From Lama glama (lineage: Eukaryota): 64,000 nt of DNA. The position numbers were made by a program, and so were the translations under genes. Positions 26,600 to 39,304 of this stretch are shown in pieces. Each line of letters begins with the position of its first letter. Within the stretch, counting starts at the first letter, position 1. The stretch is taken from NCBI GenBank assembly GCA_028534125.1, contig CM052823.1:38688001-38752000 (forward strand), written 5' to 3'. The notes beneath the pieces were generated by a model. The model did no database searches. It worked only from the letters and a program-made list of their open reading frames with translations, and was not told where the DNA came from.

Positions 26600-26745
26600 A
26601 TTCAATTCAATTAACAACCATTTCTTCTGTCAGTGTTTTTTGAGTGCTTACTATGCACTAGGCACTGTCAGTGTACCAGGTGCTGGAGACCATCATAAGC
26701 AAGACAGACAAGGTCTCTGGTTGCCTGCAGCTTGCATTCTCGTGG
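26600..26745 (-). mobile_element. L2 3' end
   Basis: 'ttgagtgcttactatgcactaggcactgt...ggtgctggagac...aagacagacaaggtctctg'. Confidence 0.75.
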
Positions 26746-26834
26746 GCTGGGCACTGTGTGTGGTTCATGAGTGCCAAGGACTGTTTCAAAGAAGTTTCAA
26801 GTTTCAAATAAAATTCAGTTTGAAAGAAAGAAAG

Positions 26835-26838
<4 letters not shown>

Positions 26839-26868
<30 letters not shown>
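26839..26868. repeat. (AC)15 microsatellite
   Basis: Seen directly. Confidence 0.95.
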
Positions 26869-26875
<7 letters not shown>

Positions 26876-27149
26876 TCTGTCCATAGGCAAGAGAGTACCA
26901 TGTTAGTGTCCTTTAGAGCTTGATCCTGATCATGTCATTCCTAGGTCAATACATCACTTCTGTTTTATAAGCTGCCAGAAGACTTTCTGTTCTGGATTTC
27001 CCTCAGAGTGGTCTGCTTCCTACACAAGGTGCCTGGCCAGAAGGAGAGAGCACTATTAGGCCCCTCACCCTAGACAGTGAGACCTTTGCCTGTGAAAGAC
27101 AAGGGCATGTAGACAGTATGCATGAACCTTGAAAAGCTTCATCAGCAGC

Positions 27150-27511
27150 TGTCTTAGATATTTTGGGCTGCGAAAAGAGCATACCATAGACTTGGTGACT
27201 GGTAAACAGAAATTTTATTTCTCGCTGTTTGGAAAGCCGGCAAGTCCAACATCGAGGTGCTGGCAGATTCAGCGTCTGGTGAGACCCACTTCCTGGTTCA
27301 AAAGTGGCCATCTTCCCACCGTGTCCTCACGTGGCAGACGGGAGAGAGGGCTCTCTGGGGTTTCTTTTGTAAGGGCACTAATCCCCTTCATGAGGGCTGC
27401 ACTCTCATGGTCTAATCACCTCCCAAAGGCCTTAATTTCTAATACTACCACGTTGGGGTTAAGATCTCAAAATATGAATTTGGGGGGAACAGAGGCATTC
27501 AGTCCATAAAA
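27150..27511 (-). mobile_element. MaLR solo LTR (MLT1A0-like), near full length
   Basis: 'tgtcttag...aagggcactaatccccttcatgagggctgcactctcatggtctaatcacctcccaaaggcc...gaatttggggggaac...attcagtccata'; flanks gcagc/gcagg (possible 5-bp TSD). Confidence 0.9.
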
Positions 27512-27727
27512 GCAGGTTATTTTCCAGCACAGGTAGAAGGAAATGCCAAATCAAGCTCCATATAATTTGACTTTCACAGAAATCTCAGCTTGAACTACAC
27601 ATGGAGGAGTCTGACTCAGGCAAAAAGATCTAACACCAAATATATGTGCATCAGTTTGAAAAACCATGATACTGAAACTCAGAGTAAGTGTAGGACACTT
27701 AACTTCCAGGTTCAGTGGCCTGGAATC

Positions 27728-28166
27728 TGTTTAAAAAAAATTCAGCTGAGTAAATATGAAGATCAGATTGGCTTTATTCACCAATTCGTGAATCAGGCAT
27801 CATCCCAGCTGGTAAATAGAAGGCACTCAGAAAGGCTGTGCAAAATGAAAGGTGTTTATAGGAAGGAGGGTGGGGCAAGAAAGCTATTAGTAATAGAAAA
27901 GAAAAGATAGTTTCAGGCCAGGGAAAGGGACGAGGGTCTACCACGCCCGTCATCCCTTCTTCCCTTGTGAGGGAAGGGAGGATGGAGAGGACCCATACCT
28001 CGTAGTCCCTCATTGGTGCTGACCAGAAAACCCTAGACTGGCCGATTAAGGCTGTGTTCCCGGGGAAGGCTGAACCTGCAGTTAGGCCAGGTATTAAATC
28101 TAGGTTTGGTGCCATGGGTTTTAACCCAAGTGACACCACTTGGGACCCGTGGTTTTCTCTTTAACA
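27728..28166 (-). mobile_element. ERV1-type solo LTR inserted into a MIR
   Basis: TGTT...AACA termini; antisense polyA signal (tttatt ~27773) and TATA-like (tttata ~27855); MIR-like sequence resumes after it ('cagcttcctcttgtgtaaaatgg'). Confidence 0.75.
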
Positions 28167-28373
28167 GTTCCAATCCTGCGCAATCTGCGGGAAAGCCATC
28201 AAACCCCACAGGACGTCAGCTTCCTCTTGTGTAAAATGGTTCCAAAAAGAGTTCCTACCTTGTTTGTCTTATAAGTAAGAATCAAGTAAAATAGCATAAT
28301 AGAATATGGAGCCTAAGTAATGGCCATGATGCTGGGACAGGGACCATATAGTAGAGACAACCTTCAGAGCACC

Positions 28374-28937
28374 GTATCAGTCAGGATCCAACCAGAGAAG
28401 CAGAACCAGGAGGGATTCGTTCCAGGGAATGGGCCTTGTGCAATTGTGGGAACTAGATAAATAGTCTCTGTGGGGCTGTCTGTCTCTACATCCGATGTTG
28501 GAGCTGGACATCCACTGGGGAAAAGACACTATGGTCGTAAAGTAAAGCATATCAAGGGCAGGCTGGAAGCCACAGGCACAAGCTGAAACCCCTCAAGGGT
28601 AGGTAAAACCTGAGTCTGACCTCGGCGATGGACAGAAGCTGGACCCTTCTTCACAGAGCTAAACACAGACACCCGGCCCCGGAGTCAGAGATGCTGACGC
28701 AGAGCCCAGGGGATGGAGAGCCTTACAGGCCCAACTGCCGTTTCACACCAATCACAAAACGACTCAGCAGATCGGCAACAATGTGTGTGAGCTACAAGAT
28801 GGCAGCTGTTTCCCTTTAGCCTCCAAATCCCCCGAGAATTTTCCTGTGGATCTTCTGTCACCAAAAGCATACAGAAAAGTGAATTGTGGGAAATGTAGTT
28901 CAGCTGACCCAAGTTAACACACTAAAAAACCATCACA
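28374..28937 (-). mobile_element. ERVL LTR (MLT2-like)
   Basis: Starts 'gtatcagtcaggatccaaccagagaagcagaacca' and ends 'caagttaacacactaaaaaaccatcaca', typical antisense MLT2 termini. Confidence 0.75.
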
Positions 28938-28942
28938 AATCT

Positions 28943-29132
28943 TTTTTTTTCAATATTTTATCTTTTTATTGACGTATAGTTGATCTGCAGCGTGTTAGTT
29001 TCTGATGTGCAACATGGTGATTCAGTTTTACATACACATATTTATTCTTTTTCATATTCTTTTTCATTATATGTTACCACAAGATATTCAATATAGTTCC
29101 CTGTGCTATACAGTTGGACCCTGTTGTTTATC
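28943..29132 (-). mobile_element. 5'-truncated cetartiodactyl L1 tail
   Basis: L1 tail 'atatagttccctgtgctatacagttggaccctgttgttta'; perfect TSD tcacaaatct (28933-28942 / 29133-29142). Confidence 0.9.
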
Positions 29133-29151
29133 TCACAAATCTCCTGATTAT

Positions 29152-29720
29152 TGTCAAGGAAGTAGAATTTTTCCTCTACCCTCCTACCTTCTTCTGGCTG
29201 GTCTAAAAATTAAATTGACATAAGACAGGTTAATAGGAGAAAATCAAACAAAATTTTAATAACATATACTTGGGAGGGATCCAGGAGAACCGAGTAACTC
29301 ACCAAACTGGCTGAAACCTTCACCTTAAAGACCATCTTCAGGTAAAGATAAAAAAGGATGTTGAGGGTAGGATTTGGGGCTTCAAAGGGGAGGAATGCAG
29401 TTCCCAAGAAAAATGGAAAAGCAAATGTCTGGTAAACAGATGTTTGCTAGGCCATGCAGAGGCAATGGGACACAGAGTGGACTCTGAGCTCTAGGCCCTG
29501 CCTAGAGTTTCCCCACCCCCATCACACTTAGCCCAAATTCTGTGCAGCTATCTCTGCTGATAGCTCTTTTATAGGAACAGACCTTCTATCTAAATTCTTT
29601 AGGCAGCTAAGGGGGGAAAGTCAAGGTTTCTTCTTGAGTCTTTTGGGCCTTTATTGTTTTCAGCTTGAAATGATTCACATGGCAGAGATATTTTAAGGTG
29701 GCAAATTTTGCTTCTCTACA
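29152..29720 (-). mobile_element. ERV1 solo LTR (MER34-like)
   Basis: Minus-strand start 'tgtagagaagcaaaatttgccaccttaaaatatctct' resembles the MER34 5' end; TG...CA termini; flanks ttat/ttac. Confidence 0.75.
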
Positions 29721-29794
29721 TTACAGTTGGGAAATTGACCTAGCAATTTTCACATTCTTTTCCATACCAGTGTCTCCAGGTTCTAAAGCACTGG

Positions 29795-30045
29795 TACTGC
29801 AGTGGTTAAGAATAAGCGCTTTAGAGTCTTCCCAACCCAAGTTCAAATCCAGGGTTTACCACTTTCTTGTTTAGGGACATTGAGCAAGCAAGTTACTTAA
29901 CTCTCTGTGCCTCAGTTTCCTCATCTGTAAAACTGGATTGTGATATTGGCCTTATCGGTCACATCATAAGGGAGATAACACCAGTAAAATGCTAGAACAG
30001 TGCCTATTATGTTGTCAGTGCTCAGAAAGTGATCACTGTTATTAT
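29795..30045 (+). mobile_element. MIR SINE
   Basis: Conserved core 'agttacttaactctctgtgcctcagtttcctcatctgtaaaa'. Confidence 0.9.
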
Positions 30046-30404
30046 TCTAATGGTCACCCACCCTCCGCTCGTAAGAGCTAACTACACTAGAATCAAATAT
30101 CTGAAGAGATTCCCAGAGATCTCTCCCCAGGGCAGCCACGCTGTGTGCTTAAGGAGAATGCAAGAGAAGCATTCAAAGGACATTCTTGAGGCAAATAAGA
30201 ATGGAAACAATTTATACATCGGATCATAGCAGCTGACTGTTTTCATATTTTCCCAGCTGCCGGAGATATTTGCTGAAAGAACGTGGGTATTTTTGAAGCA
30301 TTATACTTCCAAGTTGACTTGCATAGTGGGTTCCTCAGAAGAAATATTTAACAGGCTAGCCAAATTATTTTGGACAACATATGCCAAGAAGTCGAGTCAT
30401 GAGT

Positions 30405-30630
30405 ATGGACTCAGCCTCTGGGGACAGACTGCCTGGGTTCGAATCCCGGCTCCATCATTTATTGTGCTTAGGCAAGTTACGCAAACTCAGTCTCATGATC
30501 TACATCTGTAAAACGAAATGACGCTAGCATCTATGCCACGGAGTTACTGTGAGAATTAATAAGTTAACACACATAAAATGTTTCTAACAGTAAGCACAGT
30601 AATCATCAGGTAAGGGCTTGCTACCATCAC
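30405..30630 (+). mobile_element. MIR SINE
   Basis: 'cagactgcctgggttcgaatcccggctcc...ttaggcaagtta...catctgtaaaa'. Confidence 0.9.
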
Positions 30631-33321
30631 TGTCATCATTGTCATCACCCACAGATCATTCATCTTCTTGCAGCCAGGAATTAGAACCTGTACACTCAGG
30701 TCTACCTACAGCCACCGGGAAGCGTAAAAGTAGGCAAAGAAACCTTGACCTCCACCCGAGGACCAGCATTCAACTCTCTGACACCTGTATTCTACATACT
30801 ATAACCTACTTGCTCCTTTTCTCTGGGTAGCCTTCTCTGGATTTGACTCCACACCTGCCCAGACCTGGGGCAATTCTTCATCTTTAGCTGGATTTCAAGA
30901 CCTTCTTCCTGGCCAGCTCCCACTCATATGCCAGAGTCATAGGCCATTGCAAAGGACTTCTGTGACACCTTTGTGCCTGAAGAGAATTGGTGAAATCATT
31001 TTCCATTACTTATGTTGACAAGTCAAAATAATGGACGAATTCACCATCTCGTGGTCCTAAAGAGAATGCAACTCTTCCAGCTCTTTGCTCACCCATTGCA
31101 AATCATCAGAAGATTGAAAACTGGAGAAAACTGAGCCCTGCCGCTCCATAAAGACCACAGCTTTTCTCAGAGGTTTGCTTTTCCACACCTGCACCTGTGC
31201 TTCACCATAATAATAAAAACTAAAGAAGTTTAAATAGTGATGTGTCTAAGTCAGAATGCAGACGCTTAAGGAAAGATTTCTGTTTTTAAAAGAGAGTCCT
31301 ATAAATGATTTAGCAAATTTGAGCATATAACCTGTCCAAAGTGCTAGCACACTTTGCTTCCAGCAGCCAATTTTGCAGGCAAAGCTGTGGTTTTCTCGTT
31401 CCTTCTGTGAGCTGTGGCTGCTGCTTCCTCGTGGCCCAGTCCTCGGTGATGCACGCACCAGGGATGTATTTCTCATTTATGCATGAAAGTGGTTTCCTTG
31501 AATTACGAGCCCCAAAGTTCCAAGACGCTTGCAGCCTGGGTGGCCACACAGGTATAAGTGCATAAAAGTCTGTTCTAAGCATGGCTCCAGGAGTGAACGC
31601 AGTCACTTCAAACAACTCGTCTCTCTGGGAACACGCCACACAGTCCCTCTATTAGGGAGAGGCATATTTGTGGTTGTAATGTACTGCAGCAATGGTACAA
31701 GGAGACACACACCAAGAGGAGTTAGAAAACCAAAAAGCAAAATAAATCCAGCCCTTTATAGGAAAGGATCCTTTAGCTCCCCTCCCCCACTACCCTGCTC
31801 CGAAACATCCTAGCATCTTGGAATTCAACAGAAATGCCAGAAGGGTGGTCGTGTCTGTGAACCCAACCATAAGCCCAACAGTAGCAGAAGTTAAAATTTA
31901 CCCTTCCAAAAAGAAGAAAAAATAAATATACAGAGATTTTTGGGAAAAGGGCCTCTTAACCTTTGTTTAATTGCACAAAACAAAGACGACTCTGGAGGTG
32001 AAGGTTCTCACCCTTTTCAGACATGGAGAAGGAAGGCTCCCAGGGGCCATGCGGGGTTGCTGGAGTCAGGGTCTGAGCCTGGAGGAGAGTGAGTCAGCCC
32101 CACAGCAGGACCCAGGCCTCCCCACCACCACCACCAGACAGGTCATCTCTGCTCTACTGGAACTGAGGAAGAGGACGGAGAAGAATTTGGCCACCTGGAA
32201 TAAATGCAAGTTCTTTGAATTCAGCTGATTCATTTTTTCTTCTGAGCAGGTTCTGGGGTCCTAGAAACTTGTTCTTCTGAAAGCCAAAAAAATTTAAAAG
32301 GTTGTAACTATTTTCCTGGAAACGTTAACTGAAATTGAAAGTACTCAGTTTCCTATAAGAAGGATGTCTTACCTCCCTTTTCCTCCTGTGCACCTAGGAA
32401 TAGAATTGTTATTGATTATAAAGTGCATATTTGCCTATTAAGATAAAATTCCCCGCCTGAGCAATGCCATGATAAGTCATTACGAATGCATGAATTTGAT
32501 TCTGTTTGGTTATATGTGCACTTGGACTAAAATTGTCTACAGATGTATTTTTGACTAAAGAATAGATACACCCGTAAAGGGTTGCCAGGAAATCTTTGAA
32601 AATAGAACTGTATCTTTAGCCTGCTGGGGAGCTCATTATTTCCAAGAGCCCTGAGATGAATGATTCAGTAGAGAAACAATGTGTGTTTATGGAGGGCCTA
32701 GTGGGTGAAGGATATGGAAGAAATATAAGACACGATCTTTGCCCTCGACCAGATTCCAATTCAGGGACTTGGTTCAAGAATTTAAGTTTTTATTTATTGA
32801 ATTTTCTTAAACGGAGGCCACCTGCACAATACACAGCATCCAAGAAGTCCCAGTCTCGCTCTGTGCCAGGGAAGTAGGCTGTGGTAAGACTCGGTGGTCC
32901 GATCACACTCCTTCCTCAGCACCGGGACCAGCCTGCGCTTTAGCTATCTCAGGTCATCCAGCTTGCAAAGGTGACTGGCCCAGGACTCAGCAACCTCTAA
33001 GGAAAATTAAGTAGTCACTCTTCCTCCTCCTTCCATTGTCTTCCCATGCCATAATTATCCTTTACTCACTCATCATATTTACACAGCATCTGGACACACA
33101 CATACATGCACGCACACATGCACGCACTCACACAGTTTCCAGTGTCTTGGGCTACATTTCTCCGTTGTCTGAGACCCTTCACAGGAGGCCTCAGTGGAAT
33201 GAGGTCAGCATCACCAGCTCATCCTTCAGGTTCTCATGGAATCTGCTCCTCCTTCTTCCCTCCCCTAGTCAGAGGAAGATCAGAGGTATGATGGGAGGTC
33301 TCTGAGTCCCTCAAATCACAC

Positions 33322-33544
33322 GATGTAGGAGTTTGGGATTTGCAGATAGACACTACTGTAAACAAAATAGATAAACAACTAGCTCCTACTGTATAGCACA
33401 GGGAACTATATTCAATAGCTTGTAATAGCCTATAATGAAGGAGAATATGAAAAAAATACATATATGTATGTAGCTGAATCACTATCCTGTACACCAGAAA
33501 CCAACACAACATTATAAGTCAACTATACTTCAATTTTTTTAAAA
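33322..33544 (+). mobile_element. 5'-truncated cetartiodactyl L1 tail
   Basis: 'ggagtttgggatttgcagatag...ctgtatagcacagggaactatattcaa...caactatacttcaatt'; TSD aaatcacac (33313-33321 / 33545-33553). Confidence 0.92.
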
Positions 33545-33859
33545 AAATCACACAGTGTAAGTAACCCTAGTCCATCTGTGTCCAAGTGCTCCCCTATCCT
33601 GAACAAAATGCAAACAAACTCATCTCAGCTTAGCTGTTGAGATTCTTCACTCTGTTGGCTGGGTGGTGATTGATGAGAATGTGCTCAGGTGCCTGAGAAC
33701 ACCCTGGGGGTCTCCCAGATCTGGTTTAAATGGCAAAGGACTGTGGGTGACTTCAGTGATGGCAGGAAGTGAATGAGGAGTAAAGCTGTGCTCTCAGAAC
33801 CCAGAGAGTTAGAGCCCTGTAGGTACATCTAGCTACAGAGCCACACGTCCAGCTCATGA

Positions 33860-34875
33860 CTCTGCAGCCCTTGGCTCCCGCATCTGCACACCTTCCTTCT
33901 GGCTTCCGTGACACCACACCTCCTGGTTTTTCTCTCTGTCTCTGCTAACAACAAGAGCAGCAGCACCACAGTGGTTTTTATAAGTTATAAAAGTAATGTA
34001 TTTATTGAGTGTTCCTCTGTACCAGACATAGTGCTAACTGTATTTCCAAGTATTAATATCTCAAACTCTAAGCCCTAATTTCTCAGTCCGTTCTCCCTCT
34101 TCATTCTCCCTCGTAGGCTTAAAAACCACCTGTCAGCTAATCATTCCCACATTGCTATCTCCAACCCAGACCTACCCTCTAACTGCCTTGTCGGCAACTC
34201 TTCTTAAATATCCCTCGAGCATCCCAGAGTGAACTTTTCATCTTTCCTCATACAACGGCCATTTCAGCAACACGCCTTAGTGCAGTAAATGGCACTATAA
34301 GGCCAAGACTCTAGGGACTGTTCTGACACTTCCCTTCCCTCAACCCGCACAGCCTGTCTATCACCAACCTTGTTAGGACTGTCTCCACAGTGTGCCCGAG
34401 ACCTGCCACTCCCTCCCCTGCATGGCCACCTCTCACATGGACGGATGCCATTGCCTCCAACCAGCCTTCCTACTTCCTACTTCCATTCTTGCCCAGTGCC
34501 AACCTATTCTCCACAGAGCAGTCAGAACCATCCTTTCAAAAGAAAATGGTCTCTTGCCTACTCAAAACCCTCCCTGTGGCTTCACGTAGAACTTAAAAGA
34601 AAACTGAGAATCTTCTGGTGGCCACTGCCCACCTCTGCAGACTCACCTCTCACCATCTCCCACTCCTCCTCTTTGCTTCAGCTATTACTCATTTCTCCAA
34701 ACATCCCAAGACCATCCTCACCTCAGAATTCCACCCCAGACTGTATCTTTGCTTTACTCTACCCTTTATGAGAGGAAAGGCTGGGTCCACCAACCCAACA
34801 CGGTATCCAGAGAGCCAGCATGATGCCTAACATGTAGGTATCTGGTGAATCTTTGCCAAATACATGAATAAATAT
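33860..34875 (+). mobile_element. L2 LINE 3' region (fragmented, with a small MIR-like insert near 33990-34070)
   Basis: 'ggcttccgtgacaccacacctcctggtttt...attctccacagagcagtcagaaccatcctttcaaaa...ctcaaaaccctccctgtggctt...gaataaat'. Confidence 0.75.
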
Positions 34876-34894
34876 GTTCAGTACATGCCAGGTG

Positions 34895-35714
34895 TGGTGA
34901 TAGACATGGGAACCTCTCCACAGGTTGATCCAGCACCCAATTCCAGTGTGTGGATTTTCCCCCACACTCAGCAATTCTCTGACACCTGCTGGGCATTCTA
35001 CAGTTCAACTCAGTCCTGACACTAACGACTTGGAGACAGCACCAGAGTCCACAGGTGAAGGGCTCAGTCCCGCAGGATTGCCCACATTCCAGATGCCAGC
35101 TGCCAGTCCAGGCTGTCACCTGTGCTTCTGACCTGCCAGCTAAGAGACTGTAGCCTCCAGGGGTCTCCTCCTTGGGTTCAGTTAACTTACTTGAGCGGTT
35201 TACAGAACTCAGAAAAACATTTTACTTCCTGGATTACTGACTTATTATAAGGGGATATCACTCAGGAATAGCCAGATGGAGGTATGTGGGGAGGGGTGGA
35301 GCCCCCGTGCCCATCTGGGTGTGCCACGCTCCCCAAATCTCCACATGTTCACCAGCCTGGAAGCTCTCCAGACCACATCCTTGGGGGTTTTCATGGAGGC
35401 TTCATCACATAGTCATGATTACTTAAATCATTGGCCGATGGTGATTGAGTCAACCTCCAGTTCCTCCCCCTTCCCCAGAATTCAGGGGGTGGGACTGAAA
35501 AGTTCTAACCCTCTAATCACATGGTTGGGTACCCTGGAAACCAGTCCCCATCTTAAGTTACCTAGGTGCTTTCCAAAAGCCACCTCATTAATATAACAGA
35601 GGACACCTTTATGGCCCTCAGCATTTAGGAAATTCCAAAGATTTTAGGAGCTCTGTGCCAGACATGGGGACGAAGACCAAATATATATTTCTTATCATAA
35701 ATCACAGTATCACA
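34895..35714 (-). mobile_element. MER21-family LTR
   Basis: 'aattctctgacacctgctggg...agggctcagtccc...tcacctgtgcttctgacc...gaagaccaaatatatatttcttatcataaatcacagtatcaca'. Confidence 0.8.
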
Positions 35715-35719
35715 ATAGG

Positions 35720-35965
35720 GCATATTGCCATATTGCCAGCTGACTTCCCTAATAGCATGCAAGCAAGAGAGCAAAGAGAGCAAGAAGGAAGCCAGTCTTT
35801 TGGGAACCTAATCTCAAAAGTGTCATCCCATTACTTTTGCCATATCTACTTATTAGAAGCAAGTCACTAGATTCAACCTACACTCAAGGGGAGGGGATTT
35901 AACTAGGGCAGGACTACCAGGAGGCAGGGATCAGTGGGGGCCACCTCAGAGGCTGCCTACCAGAG
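35720..35965 (-). mobile_element. MaLR LTR fragment (MLT1F/G-like)
   Basis: 'attagaagcaagtcactag...cactcaaggggagggga...accaggaggcagggatcagtgggggccacctcagaggctgcctacca'. Confidence 0.75.
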
Positions 35966-35969
35966 TGCC

Positions 35970-36300
35970 CTCACTCCATGTTAATATATACAAATCTACC
36001 TCCTTGTTGTTAAAGCCATACAGTATTCTAAAGTAGAAATGTAGTAATTAGATATTTGATCAAGTCCCTATGATTGGATATTTAGGATGTTTAAAATTTC
36101 CCACTAATTTTGCAATAATCACTCTTAAACATACATTTGCCCACTTATTCAACTATTTCTGAAGGATCCATCTCTAGAAGTAATATGGCCATTCCAAGGG
36201 ATCTGGAATTTAATGTAATGATTCATGTATGTTGCCCAATTGCCTTCTGCAAATGTTGTACCCAGTTACCTCTCAATAATTTCTACTAATACTTCACATA
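35970..36300 (-). mobile_element. Old L1 (L1ME-like) fragment
   Basis: 'tcccctatgattggatatttaggatgttt...ctctagaagt...gttgcccaattgccttctgcaaatgttgtacc' resembles antisense old L1. Confidence 0.55.
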
Positions 36301-36524
36301 TTAAACATTGAAATGTTTTAAAATTCCACTCTGCCACCGCAGGAGAAATACAGGGATGGTTCCCCCTTCCCCTCCTGGCCTCTTTCTTTCCCCTGTTCCT
36401 TCACTGACTCCTCTAGTCAGGTGTCTGACGATCCGAAGCTGTGGGTACTACCACCTCTTGCTTGACCAAATCCCTTCACTTTGCACAGCTTTTCTTCTTC
36501 TTCAGAGGGACATCGGTGGAGGAT

Positions 36525-36840
36525 GTTATCAGTGAGCACAGACTGGGTTACGCTGCACTAGCTAACCAAACGAGACTGCCCTGTAGCTCCCACGTGAACA
36601 TTTATTCCTTGCTCACACCAAGTGCATTTTAGGTTCTGAAAAGCTTTTCTTCCTCAAGTGATTCGGGGCCACCAGCTTCTATCGTGTGGTTCCGCCAGAT
36701 CAACATGCAGTCTCCTGGGTCGAGGTAGGGGAAGGAGAGAGAGCTGAAGGCTTAAGTAAGAGCTTTTAACTTCCTCACTGGGGGGCTGACAGACACCATT
36801 TCACTCAAAGTGCCTTGACCAGAAAGACTCATGTCACCGC
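36525..36840 (-). mobile_element. Old MaLR LTR fragment (MLT1K/L-like)
   Basis: 'gggttacgctgcacta...tttattccttgctcaca...caagtgattcggggcc' pattern. Confidence 0.45.
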
Positions 36841-37296
36841 ACCCAAGGATTCTGTCAAACATTCAATTATTAATCAAAGTTTAACTTTGGTCAATACTGA
36901 GTAACTCATACCAATAAACATTTAGTATTAATAAATTGTAATAATTAATGCTAATAGATATATATTGGTAAATATATATTGATGAATAATTTTTTATATC
37001 TATTAAATGATATCTTTGTCATACAACACCACAGGTAAAGCCGCTTGGTGAATCACAGAGGTCTCTCTCGGTGGGCCCAGATAGCGTCAGCTCATCGGCA
37101 GACTTGCCCTGACTTTGGTCTTCTTGGTCAAGTCGTGTAAAAATATAAAAGTAAAACCGTCAGACTGTAACCTTGCATCACTTCGTACAGACAGCCGTGT
37201 GCCACTTCGTTCCACATGTTGAAATGGCTGTTGCCAGATGATGTATTTTTTAAGTGGACACAATTTGGCAGTGGACTTTTCCACCTCTCCTGTTTC

Positions 37297-37428
37297 NNNN
37301 NNNNNNNNNNNNNNNNNNNNNNNNNNNNNNNNNNNNNNNNNNNNNNNNNNNNNNNNNNNNNNNNNNNNNNNNNNNNNNNNNNNNNNNNNNNNNNNNNNNN
37401 NNNNNNNNNNNNNNNNNNNNNNNNNNNN
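37297..37428. other. Assembly gap
   Basis: N run. Confidence 1.
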
Positions 37429-38479
37429 AGCATCATGACAAGGACTATTAAAAACTAAAGCGGTTGTTTTTTCTTTTTTTTTTTATAAGATGAGTATAGA
37501 AAAGCAAGAAGTACTCTACCAGAATATCAAAGGCATCCTCAGAAGGGGCACCTTTAAAGCAAAGGATTATAACAGCTCTGGCTCACTACCTCACTCACAT
37601 TTCAAACTCTTTGTAAACACGAGGCAAAAATTATTAGGTTTGAACTGTGGATTTTCCCCCTTGACCCATTCCTGAATGGAGTTGAATCATTCCCACTCAA
37701 AGCAGTGAGGGGCTGTTTTGTTCTCCAGGCCCCACCCTGTGCTGATGTAATGCGCCCCGGCTGTGTTTTTCTGATGAGTGTGCTAGGGAGGGTCCTCGCC
37801 AGGAAGAAGGCTGCTGCCCAGGCTCCTGGGGTGGCAGGGAGACAGGAGACGGGGAGCACAGATGCTGGCAGTGGAAGGGCTGACAGCTCACGCTGAGTGC
37901 CGGAAAGTTCACCTGGTCCGTCCTCCTCTTACCCCACCTCCCCCACGACCACCCCCGCCCGCCACCGTCATCCCCTCCAAGACCATCCATCCCTGAGGGC
38001 TCACCGCTCACACCAGAGAGCTCTAGTTTCTTGAAACTTGTTCCTGCAGCCACACCCCCCTTCCCTTCCTATTCAGCCTCAGACAGGACATCTCCAGCCC
38101 AAGAGTGTCTGCAGGCTGCCCCGCCCAGGTCCACTTCCCAAGGAAGAGGAAACCTGAAACCTACAACCCGACCTACTTCTGGCCTTCCCTAAGGGGCAGC
38201 CCTGTCCTCTTCTCGAAGGCACTGGCTTTTTTTTACAGCCTGATTTACTTTTAATGTTGAATTTGTATTTGTGAACATGTCAGAAGACCAGGGCAGAGAA
38301 CAAGTTTTATATAAAATAAAAATAAAAGCATTTCATTTTTTCAATCCCTCACACCCTCGATCCCTCTTCCCACCCCACCCCTCAAACACACGATTCTCCT
38401 CGCTCCGACTCACCCCTTTAATGCCTTTACTTTTCCTGTTGGTTTCCATTGTTTCATGCTATTGAGAATTATTTTTAAA

Positions 38480-38770
38480 TAATTAGGGGGCTGTGGTAGA
38501 GTCCATATGAAGGAGGGTGAAGACCTGAATTTAAGAGTGGTAATAGGATTGGCTGGAGAGGAGAGATGTGAATAATTTTAGGAGGCAAAATTGGCAGGAT
38601 ATGTGCAGGGCTAGAGTTTCTCCGTGAGAGAAAGGGAGAGAGAGGAGTTATAGATGGCTCCCAATTACTCTGGGATGAATAGGGGCGATCGATGTTGCCG
38701 CCCATTTAGGTAATAAATGCTGGGGGAGGAGCCCTTAGGAGAGAAGATGATGACCTCAGTTTTAGCCATC
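38480..38770 (-). mobile_element. L2 fragment
   Basis: 'ttttaggaggcaaaattggcagga...gatggctcccaattactctggg...gatgatgacctcagttttagcca'. Confidence 0.65.
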
Positions 38771-38999
38771 AAGGAAGACAGATTGTTTTTTTCTTCCTAG
38801 TTGAGTATATATTCTCTTTTCTTCTCTCTTTCCCCCTTTCTTCTTCCCACTTAGCCTCTTTTCTTTATTCTGTTGCTAATGACTGACAAAAACTCAGATT
38901 ACACCTTGCAAGGCTCCAGGTTGTGGATAGAGGTAAGGCACATTTTACAAAGCTAAAAGTTGTTCTCAACCTGTAAACCCAGACTTAGCTGTGATCAAC

Positions 39000-39150
39000 A
39001 GACCCAGATTCTGATCCTTGGTCTCCCATGAACCAGCTATGTGACCTTGGACAAATCATCTAAACCCGCTGGGTCTCAATTTTTTTTTCCTGCAAAATGA
39101 AGGGGATGAATGAGATTTCTTTAAGGCTTCTTACAGTAGAGATTTTGATT
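39000..39150 (+). mobile_element. MIR SINE
   Basis: 'ccagctatgtgaccttggacaaatca...ctgcaaaatgaagggg'. Confidence 0.75.
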
Positions 39151-39304
39151 CTGTAGGATCAGTGCTTTTTTGCTAAACCTACAGTGTGGCAGACTTTGAA
39201 TAATCTATGCAGTATTGCAGTGGTTACTTCTGCATTGGCTAAAATTATCTCTCATTTAAATGCCAACTAGCTGGCTTGCTTTGGAGTTTAAGATAGACCG
39301 ATAG

